Below are positions 31,466 to 39,140 of a stretch of DNA of 64,000 bases, piece by piece (the stretch's first letter is position 1; every line of letters begins with the position of its first letter). This stretch comes from Candidatus Culexmicrobium cathedralense (GTDB lineage Archaea; Thermoproteota; Methanomethylicia; Culexarchaeales; Culexmicrobiaceae): the NCBI GenBank assembly GCA_025061115.1, contig JANZKC010000002.1:224001-288000 (forward strand). Reading direction: 5' to 3'. The notes below the pieces were generated by a model. That model saw nothing but the letters and a program-made list of their open reading frames with translations. It did no database searches and was not told the DNA's origin. Made by a program: the position numbers and the translations under genes.

Positions 31466-31871
31466 CCACAACATTACAAACCAATCGGAAGGGCAAAACT
31501 GCATTTAAACCACATACCTCAACTTCAATTAACAAACTCCGAACAATACGCTCCTAACAGCAAACACAAAATTATATAATTATAACCGCAAATTTATTCC
31601 AAAAACATGAAATAAAGGGTACTAAAATTTTATCTAAAATAATATGCCATGCAACTTGCTCTTAAAGTACATTGATATGGCACTCATGTGCCCCGAAGTT
31701 CCTAAACCACATAAAACGCGGGTTGGCTTTAAACTTACTGACATTAACTGCTCGTCTATCTCCTTAGCCGTGTATTTTATGTGAACCTTGAAATTGGCAT
31801 CATTCTACATATATAACACTGAAGAGAAAATCGACATGCTATGAAAAAACCTAGAGAACATAATTAATGCA

Positions 31872-32340
31872 TTAACTTAACAGGAGCCTCTCATGGCAGC
31901 TGTAGACATTAAATCTACGACCCCTAACAAAACCAACCAACGTTAAATTAGCTTTTCTTGCTAGATTCACTCCAGCGTCGCTCGGCGCAGAAATAGAAAC
32001 AAGAGCTGGAACGCCAAGTCTAACGGCCCTTAATACAATTTCACTAGTTAATCTACTGGTGCAAGCCATGATCAGCCTACTGAAAACAGCGCCACCAAAT
32101 AGTGCAGCTCCAACAGCCTTATCAACAGCATTATGCCTACCAATATCCTCAGCAAATCCAGCAACCCTCATGTCAAGATCGATCAGTATATCCGCATGAA
32201 CACCTCCAGTTCTCCTATAAATCTCAGAGCGCGCTAATTAAGTAGTTTTATAGCTTCAAGTGCATGATCAACCTCAAATTTAACCTTTGAAGAAACCTTA
32301 AATTTAGCCACACTATCAAGAAGCTTCAAGTGATCATCAG
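31872..32340 (-). pseudogene. fdhD: FdhD/NarQ sulfurtransferase remnant (C-terminal half)
   Basis: RTGGVHA...EDIGRHNAVDK...SRLTSEIV...SAP...GFVR. A frameshift/stop lies near 32235 and there is no N-terminal half. Confidence 0.8.
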
Positions 32341-32519
32341 TAGTTTGCGGAAAATAGTGAGAAACAAAGTTTATGTCAGAAAAACTTGCTGCGTAAACAA
32401 ACTATATGTTTTCTGCTCAGAAAAGTGTCGACAAAAGTGGGTTAGATCTTGGCTTAAAAGACAAATTTAAAATGAAACATAAGACACGGCCTAAGTCGAT
32501 TGAAATCTTCATTCTGACA

Positions 32520-33338
32520 TTATGTAGAGCGTTCACTGCTTAACACGAGCTTATCTAAGCTTCCGGAAACGTAGCCTTCAAGCTCCATTGCCACATACAA
32601 ATATCCTAACTCCTTAAGTTTCTTGGAAATCTCGTCCAGAATTCTTTCATCAAATAGTTTTTCACGTTCATCCCTGCCCACTTCTATCCTAGCAATTATT
32701 CCATGATCCCTAACCCTGACCAACTTCACTCCAGCTATCTTCTTAATAATTAGCTCTGCTTCTCCAACTCTCCTCACAGCCTCTGGAGTTATCCTAACTC
32801 CATATGGAAATCTGGAAGCTAAACAGGTCATTGGAGGCTTGTCGGCCGTGGGGAGCTTAAGCATTCTGGAAATAGCTCTAACATCAGCCTTTGTTAATCC
32901 AACTTCAGCTAATGGGCTTCTAATACCCAGTTCCTTCAAAGCCCTTATTCCAGGCCTATAGCTCTTCATGTCATCTGCATTGGTTCCGTCAACAACTACA
33001 CTTAAATTATGATGCCTCGCTATCTCAAGAAGCTTAGCCATCAACTCAAGTTTACAGTAGTAGCATCTGTTAGGTGGATTTCTGGCTAAATGCTCATTTT
33101 CAAGCTCATTTACATCGATAACCAAATGCCTAATACCTATAAAATTAGCTATTTTCTTAGCTTCTTCAAGCTCTCCAGGAGGCAGAAGGGGTGAATTGGC
33201 TGTGACGGCTAAAGCTTTATCTCCCAAAATCTGTTTAGCAGCATAAGCCACAAGTGTACTATCAACTCCTCCTGAAAATGCTACTAAAACTCCATCCTTA
33301 TCCTTAAACCAGTTCAAGAGCGCTTGATACTTCTCCAA
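32520..33338 (-). CDS. larE: ATP-dependent sulfur transferase LarE
   Basis: PP-loop SGGVDS, RCYYCK, DGTNADD..YRPG, CLASRFPYG, VRVRDHG, GY.SGSL. Confidence 0.92.
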   Translation of the reverse strand: MEKYQALLNWFKDKDGVLVAFSGGVDSTLVAYAAKQILGDKALAVTANSPLLPPGELEEAKKIANFIGIRHLVIDVNELENEHLARNPPNRCYYCKLELMAKLLEIARHHNLSVVVDGTNADDMKSYRPGIRALKELGIRSPLAEVGLTKADVRAISRMLKLPTADKPPMTCLASRFPYGVRITPEAVRRVGEAELIIKKIAGVKLVRVRDHGIIARIEVGRDEREKLFDERILDEISKKLKELGYLYVAMELEGYVSGSLDKLVLSSERST

Positions 33339-33362
33339 ATTCCCACCTAACAGCGCCGCGCA

Positions 33363-34574
33363 TTAGTTTGGGCCTTGATCACTAAAACATATTGCTGTGA
33401 TCTCTTTTAAGCTCTCAATGCTCTTTTCAAGCAGCCCATCAATATCCAATTTAGACTCTATCTCTAATACATCTTCAAGCTCAGCTCTTGTTACTGGTTT
33501 AGAAGGTCTAGCCCAGCAACCCTTAATTGGCGTGCAGCCAGAAGTAACTCTCATGCATGAAGCTTCGTAAGTTCCAATCCTTTTAGCTAGAGCTATGCTC
33601 TCATCCTTATCGAAACCTATTAGAGGCCTTAAAACAGGTAGCTCCGAAGCTTGATCTATAACTCTCAAGTTATCCAGAGTTTGAGAAGCCACTTGAGCTA
33701 AATTCTCACCAGTAACAATAGCTTTAGCACCAACTCTCTTAGCTAGCTCATTAGCAACTCTATACATCATCCTTCTACACAATACGCAAGTGTGCTTCAA
33801 AGCCGCTTTTCTAAAGGCAATTAAGTTATGCTCATGCCTGAAAACATAAACTGGCATTTCCTCTCCAACATGCCACTTCCTAAGTATTCTAACCACTTTA
33901 ATGAAGCGCCTCAAATCCGACTCATCACCTCCACGTGGAAAGTAAGCGAATAGAGGAATAACGCTGCATCCCCTCTTCATCATAAGCCATGAAGCAACTG
34001 GAGAATCTATGCCGCCAGAAATTAGGCATACAACCTTCCCCGCAGTTCCAAGAGGCAGTCCTCCTGGGCAAGGAACCCTCACATTATAAATATAGCACTC
34101 TTCATCTCTAACTTCAACATAAATTACCCTCTCAGGATTGTCCAAGCACACTTTAACTTTCGTTTCCTCCTTAACTATAGCTCCCAAGCGATTTTCCAAG
34201 TCTTTACTAGTAAATGAATGCGAGCCGGTCCTCCTAACCCTCACCGAAAATGATTTTGCATCTCCAATCAGCAAATGCGAAGCATCCCTAATGAACGCGC
34301 TTAAATCACTTAATTTAACAAACTTAAATGGCGCAGCAAAAACTAAGCCAAAAACTCGCTTGAGCAAATCTAGAGCCCCATTAACATCTTCAACTTCTAT
34401 GAGCAATCTAGACCACTTATGACGAACTCTACCTCTCAAGCCGATCTCCTTAAGCCCATCAATGATATTTTGAGCTAACTTCCTAACAAATCGCCTTCTC
34501 ACACTATTGGATTTTATAGCTATTTCACCATATGCAGCTAAAATTCCATCCCACTCAATGCTTGTTGACTGCAT
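33363..34574 (-). CDS. thiI: tRNA 4-thiouridine synthase ThiI
   Basis: YGEIAIKS, THUMP domain, GGLPLG, SGGIDSPVA, CVLCRR, GENLAQVASQT, RPLIGFDK. Confidence 0.93.
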   Translation of the reverse strand: MQSTSIEWDGILAAYGEIAIKSNSVRRRFVRKLAQNIIDGLKEIGLRGRVRHKWSRLLIEVEDVNGALDLLKRVFGLVFAAPFKFVKLSDLSAFIRDASHLLIGDAKSFSVRVRRTGSHSFTSKDLENRLGAIVKEETKVKVCLDNPERVIYVEVRDEECYIYNVRVPCPGGLPLGTAGKVVCLISGGIDSPVASWLMMKRGCSVIPLFAYFPRGGDESDLRRFIKVVRILRKWHVGEEMPVYVFRHEHNLIAFRKAALKHTCVLCRRMMYRVANELAKRVGAKAIVTGENLAQVASQTLDNLRVIDQASELPVLRPLIGFDKDESIALAKRIGTYEASCMRVTSGCTPIKGCWARPSKPVTRAELEDVLEIESKLDIDGLLEKSIESLKEITAICFSDQGPN

Positions 34575-34748
34575 TTCAATAAAGTTCAGAAAAACATGCT
34601 GATAAATCTCTCTATCTACAGCCTAAATTGCCGAAATCTCATAAATAAATCCAAATTGCAGCTGAAAGTTGAAGGGAATGATCCTACATGATCTTGAGCA
34701 GAATTTAAATGCAAGTAATTTAAGTTCGAGCATTAATATTGAATTAAT

Positions 34749-34811
34749 GGGCGATGATGCATCTTTAGCGGTTGCTGCCAATTGATGGCAGAACCCGGCA
34801 AGGCTGAGCCC
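34749..34811 (+). ncRNA. Box C/D sRNA candidate
   Basis: Terminal stem GGGC/GCCC, C-like GCGATGA, C'-like TTGATGG, D box CTGA at 34804-34807; intergenic. Confidence 0.6.
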
Positions 34812-34890
34812 AAACCCCCGAAGCAAATAAATACCACACAAGCAAAAATACTAATGAAAGCCGGGGTAGCTCAGCCTGGGAGAGCGTCCG

Positions 34891-35527
34891 TGAAAACCCG
34901 TGCTAGGAGCCTTACCGCTCTCCACAATTTTTTATTAACTCAACAGTTTATGGAATTCTATGGTATAATGGTAGGTGATGGAACGCTCTACCATAAGCAT
35001 AATTGCAAATATTTTTTTCACAATATCCGAAGGATACAAAGATTATGCACAACATATTGCAGGGCTAGTGTATCTACTTATAGGCAGGTATCCACGGATC
35101 AAATATAGATCAAAGGCTTTTCAGAATAGAGTTTAAGTCAAAAAGACTCTTCAACGCATTCATAAATTTAGGCTTTCCTTTAGGCAAGAAAAGTTCCAAC
35201 ATTTCCATTCCCACAATAATTTTATCACATGATAATGTTAATTGGCTAATACGTGGAATATTTGATACTGACGGATCTATTTTCTTTAGTAAAAAGCCTG
35301 GCATAGTAAACTACCCTACCGTTGAAATTACTAGTAAAAGCTTTACCTTACTTAAACAGATCAAGAACGCTTTACGAGAAAAGTATGGCATTTTAGCGCA
35401 TATACGCAGATCCAAAGGTGTACATGAATTGGCAGTATATGGTTCGAAAGAAATAAGTAAGTGGGTAAAGTTTATAGGGAGCAGCCATAAAATTAAATCT
35501 CGGCTCCTAGCACGGGTTTTCGGCGAA
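34891..35527 (+). mobile_element. BHB tRNA intron encoding a two-motif LAGLIDADG homing endonuclease (two +1 frameshifts as assembled)
   Basis: Motif 1 EFYGIMVGDG (~34953-34982), motif 2 WLIRGIFDTDGS (35243-35278), linker LGFPLGKKS..ISIP. Strict BHB and a 20-bp terminal stem. Confidence 0.88.
34892..35521. repeat. Perfect 20-bp inverted repeat closing the tRNA intron
   Basis: GAAAACCCGTGCTAGGAGCC (34892-34911) is the exact reverse complement of GGCTCCTAGCACGGGTTTTC (35502-35521). Confidence 0.97.
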
Positions 35528-35551
35528 GCTGAAGACCGGATTGTCGAGGGT

Positions 35552-36637
35552 TCAAGTCCCTCCCCCGGCACTAAAATTATTAAGTAATTCCTTTACGAAC
35601 GAACCGAATTCCGTAACATCATATTCCCAATTTTTCAGCATGCTGGGATCCCATACTGGATGAAAAACCCAAGCAGTCCAACCAGCAACCCTATCCTCCA
35701 TGTAGGAGATTAAGGGCTCCCCAAAACAGCTTCTACTCCCCTTTAAAAACTCATAATCCACCTCTTCCTCATAACCCCACTCAGTTACAAAGACGGGATA
35801 ATGCTCAGCGACCCGCCCCCAATAATAATCCCATTCCTTCATAGGCCTACCAGGATAAACATGAACTGCATAAGCTATGTTTTCACCTGAAATGGGATCA
35901 CTTAAAACTCCTCTTAAATCGTAAGCCCAATCTACACCTCCGACAATTATTATAACATCCGCATCCTTACCCCTAATTAAACGGATAATCTCCTCGGCCA
36001 AAGGCTTCCAATCTTCCCACTCAATCCATGCTGGCTCATTAAAAATTTCATAAAGAACATTGCTCCTACCCCTAAATCGCTCTGCAACTCTACTCCAGAA
36101 ATTTACAGCTAAAGTGAAGTTTGGATCATAAATATTCTCCCCATTCCAAGGTTCCTCATACATCCAACTAAAGTTTTCAGGCGTTTCAGTCTCACCCGTA
36201 ATGGGATTTCCAATCGCATGCCAATCAATTATTACATAAATACCTCTCTCCTCACACCATTCAACCACCCTATCAAGGTACCTCTCAAGGTAATCGAAAT
36301 ACCTCTTCCAAAACACTGGGTGAACTGGCACTCTAACGACATTTACATTCCACATCTTAATCACATCGAAAAGCTCCTCACCAAACTTCCCCTCCCAATC
36401 TAGATAAGCTGGATCTGCTATCCCCACACCCCTCAAAATCACCTCCTTTCCACTAGCAAGAAGCTCATTTCCAACAATCTCCAATTTAGGCAAACCTTCA
36501 CGTTTAAACCTGAAAATGCAAAGCTGATTGAGAAAACAAATGCACAAGCCCATAATCAAGCAAGCAACAATGAAAACCCCAAATCTCGACGGCCAACCTC
36601 TAAAAGCCAGCGTTTTGACCATAACACCTCCACCCAA
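35552..36637 (-). CDS. Glycoside hydrolase family 5 (cellulase-like), N-terminally anchored/secreted
   Basis: LRGV, NVVRVP, YVIIDWH, acid/base IFNEP, AVHVYP, nucleophile VTEWG, GWTAW; hydrophobic N-terminus. Confidence 0.9.
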   Translation of the reverse strand: MGGGVMVKTLAFRGWPSRFGVFIVACLIMGLCICFLNQLCIFRFKREGLPKLEIVGNELLASGKEVILRGVGIADPAYLDWEGKFGEELFDVIKMWNVNVVRVPVHPVFWKRYFDYLERYLDRVVEWCEERGIYVIIDWHAIGNPITGETETPENFSWMYEEPWNGENIYDPNFTLAVNFWSRVAERFRGRSNVLYEIFNEPAWIEWEDWKPLAEEIIRLIRGKDADVIIIVGGVDWAYDLRGVLSDPISGENIAYAVHVYPGRPMKEWDYYWGRVAEHYPVFVTEWGYEEEVDYEFLKGSRSCFGEPLISYMEDRVAGWTAWVFHPVWDPSMLKNWEYDVTEFGSFVKELLNNFSAGGGT

Positions 36638-36857
36638 CCCATACGAAAATTCACTAGTTAAATGTACTCCAGCATAATGCTAAATCAATAAACCCCAATC
36701 ACCTTCATTAAATTTAGCCGAAACTAACTTGCAGCCAACAGCCTTCACATAACTTCGCGATGCTCTGGTAACTGTTTCAATTTGAAGGCAAGTTAAATAC
36801 TCAAAACAAACTAAGTTGAAAAGCGCAAAATTTTATCCAGCCCACGCGAAATAGAGT

Positions 36858-36920
36858 TAGGGCGATGACTGATCAGAGTTAAGTTGACCTGATGATAGAA
36901 AGGCATTAGGAGGAGCCCTA
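36858..36920 (+). ncRNA. K-turn / box C/D-like sRNA candidate
   Basis: Terminal stem TAGGGC/GCCCTA, C-like GCGATGA, TTGA + CTGATGA internal D'/C', atypical D box AGGA; lies just upstream of tRNA-Gly. Confidence 0.45.
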
Positions 36921-36963
36921 TAATCACAAACAATTAAAAGCTGCACTCACATATCAACTGTAG

Positions 36964-37041
36964 GCGGCGGTCGTCTAGCCAGGACTAGGACACGGGCCTC
37001 CCGAGCCCGTTACCCGGGTTCAAATCCCGGCCGCCGCACCA
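36964..37041 (+). tRNA. tRNA-Gly(CCC), intronless
   Basis: GCGGCGG/CCGCCGC-A-CCA, CGGGC-CT-CCC-GA-GCCCG, CCGGG-TTCAAAT-CCCGG. Confidence 0.95.
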
Positions 37042-37144
37042 AACTCAAATTCAATTTAAGATTCATTGCACTTGAAATGCAAAGTCAAATTATCCATAAA
37101 TTAAGTCACGTAAAAAATTGAGAGTTAAGGGGAATATACGTAAT

Positions 37145-38326
37145 TTAATAGCTGTTCTTGACGAGCACTTCTTGGGCTGCTCGAACACCGCTTCCCAACT
37201 CTATTTCAAAGCCGAGGTCGTACAATGTTCTTTCGATAGCTGCTATAATTGCAATTACATCATTAGCATTTACAGGACCCATATGACCCACTCTGAAATA
37301 CCTATCCCTTATTTCTGGATAAAGTCCACCTGCAACCACAACTTTTCTCTCCAGCATTCCCTTAAGAAAGCTGCTTAATTGAACCTTTTCCGGCAGGTAT
37401 ACTGCAGTTACAGTTGAAGCAGCAATATCCTCCTTTTTAGCCATAACTTTTAAGCCAATTTCAGCCATTGCTTCCCTAAATGACTTTGCAAGAATTTTAT
37501 GTCGCTTAAATCTATTCTCCAAACCCTCCTTAAATATTAGCTCTAAGCTCTCATGAAGCCCAACTATCAAGTTAACTGCTGGAGTCGCGAAGTATTTTGG
37601 CTTCAAATTCTCATAGGAGCCCATTATGTCAAGCCACTTGCATAAGTTCATGTAATAAGGAGCATAACTCCCCTTAGTTTTATCAAGTTTTTTAATCGCC
37701 TTAGGAGATAGCCAAAGAATAGCTAAGCCTGGAGGGACTCCAATAGCCTTCTGACTTCCAGTTAACACCACATCTACACCCCAATCCTTCATTCTTATTT
37801 CCTCACCCGCAACGCTGCAAACTCCATCAACCACCAGAAGTGTTTCCTTATCCTTAAGGAAAGCTCCAAGCTCCTCAACTGGATGTCTAACGCCAGTACT
37901 CGTATCCACATGAGTTACCGTCACTAAATCATAATCCACTTCACTTACCTTGTTCAATATCTTCTCGCTCGAAACAACCTCTCCAGGCTCACCAGCCTTT
38001 AAGACATCAACTTCAACTGGATATCGATATAAAAGCTCCGCGAATCTATCCCCAAAAACTCCATTGGAAACTACAAGCACTCTATCCCCCTTCTCAATGA
38101 AATTCGAAACGCTTGCCTCCATAGCTAAAGTTCCTGAGCCGGCAAGCACCGCTACCTTATAGTCATTATCAACAAAAAGCAATTTCCTAAGGTCCTCCAG
38201 CGCTTCAGCGAATAGCCGAACGAACTCGCTGGACATGTGGCTTAAATGACCTATACTCAGGCTCCTAAGCACGTGAGGCTCAAAAGTAATTGGTCCAGGT
38301 ATAGCTAGAATCCTTCTCTCACTCAC
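37145..38326 (-). CDS. Class V aminotransferase (serine-pyruvate / alanine-glyoxylate type)
   Basis: IPGP, GSGTLAME, NGVFG.R, HVDTSTG, VDGVCS, GSQKA (PLP Lys), FRVGHMG. GTG 38326 follows a GGTGG SD. Confidence 0.9.
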   Translation of the reverse strand: MSERRILAIPGPITFEPHVLRSLSIGHLSHMSSEFVRLFAEALEDLRKLLFVDNDYKVAVLAGSGTLAMEASVSNFIEKGDRVLVVSNGVFGDRFAELLYRYPVEVDVLKAGEPGEVVSSEKILNKVSEVDYDLVTVTHVDTSTGVRHPVEELGAFLKDKETLLVVDGVCSVAGEEIRMKDWGVDVVLTGSQKAIGVPPGLAILWLSPKAIKKLDKTKGSYAPYYMNLCKWLDIMGSYENLKPKYFATPAVNLIVGLHESLELIFKEGLENRFKRHKILAKSFREAMAEIGLKVMAKKEDIAASTVTAVYLPEKVQLSSFLKGMLERKVVVAGGLYPEIRDRYFRVGHMGPVNANDVIAIIAAIERTLYDLGFEIELGSGVRAAQEVLVKNSY

Positions 38327-38711
38327 ATCAACCACCAACAAACATAAGCAAATAACTACCAATTTATCTCTAACGCTATTTTCCAAAATTCAACACACTA
38401 GATATTCGATGAGAGAAATGCATTAGGATAATTCCTTCCTCACTACTTATTTCAAGGCTTCAAATTCCAGCATCAAGCTTAACTTCCTAAATTCTAATAC
38501 AATAGGTACCTAACATGCACTCAAGCACGTAAGTACACAAAAATAAGAAAGTAGTCGTTTTTCATAGTTGGTAGCATTAAATATTCTGACTAGCATTTCA
38601 TGAAAGTTCAATTACAGCTCGTAGCTAAGTAAGATAGATATTCAACAACAATAACCATAATTTTGCGATTAATTTATTAGTTCGTATAGAGTTGATGCCG
38701 ATGGTGAGAGT

Positions 38712-39140
38712 TTGAGCAGTAAAGCTAGCGGAGAAGATTTTGCAAGTAGGATTGAAAGAATGGTGGGCTCACTTATAAGAGTCCACCTAATTGATGGAAG
38801 AGTAATTATTGGCAAGCTAGTCAGCGTAGATCCCGATTACCTGAATATGATAGTTGAAGAATTAACTGGCAGCGAGAATGAAACTGCATTAACGCTTATT
38901 CCAGGCACCTCCATCGGATATGCAAGATTCATTAAGCCAAAACTCGTCAAAGAGCCAAGCATCGAAGAAAAAATTTTAAGTTTACTTGAAAGAGAGCCAA
39001 ACTTAACGGTTAGGGAGATAGCTAAGATATTAAATCTTGAGCCAAATAGAGTTAGAAGCGCTCTGAGAAGATTGAAGAGGAAGGGTTTAATTAAAAGTGG
39101 AGATGAAACTTCTAAGCGCACCGGCAGGACTAAACCTTGA
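38712..39140 (+). CDS. Sm/Lsm-fold protein fused to a C-terminal winged HTH
   Basis: Sm1-like IRVHLIDGRVIIGKLVSVDPDYLNMIVEE, Sm2-like LIPGTSI, then ILSLLEREPNLTVREIAKILNLEPNRVRSALRRLKRKGLIK. Confidence 0.75.
   Translation: MSSKASGEDFASRIERMVGSLIRVHLIDGRVIIGKLVSVDPDYLNMIVEELTGSENETALTLIPGTSIGYARFIKPKLVKEPSIEEKILSLLEREPNLTVREIAKILNLEPNRVRSALRRLKRKGLIKSGDETSKRTGRTKP

Larger units (their letters stand above)
34860..35570 (+). tRNA. tRNA-Phe(GAA) interrupted by a 637-nt intron at 30/31: exons 34860..34890 and 35528..35570
   Basis: Spliced cloverleaf: GCCGGGG/CCCCGGC-A acceptor, GCTC/GAGC D stem, TCCG|G-CT-GAA-GA-CCGGA anticodon arm, GAGGG-TTCAAGT-CCCTC T arm. Confidence 0.93.

Noticed and set aside
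34782-35108. 108-aa ORF MMAEPGK... from the ORF track as a real gene
   Set aside because: It runs through an sRNA candidate and tRNA exon 1. Only the part from about 34890 to 35012 is the endonuclease N-terminus.
34892-35521. MITE/IS element with 20-bp terminal inverted repeats
   Set aside because: There is no target-site duplication or transposase motif. The repeat is exactly the inner helix of the BHB and the cargo is LAGLIDADG.
34860-35570. Split (trans-spliced) tRNA halves or an attL/attR pair from an integrated element
   Set aside because: The halves are colinear, non-overlapping and joined by a cis BHB. There is no duplicated tRNA segment and no integrase.
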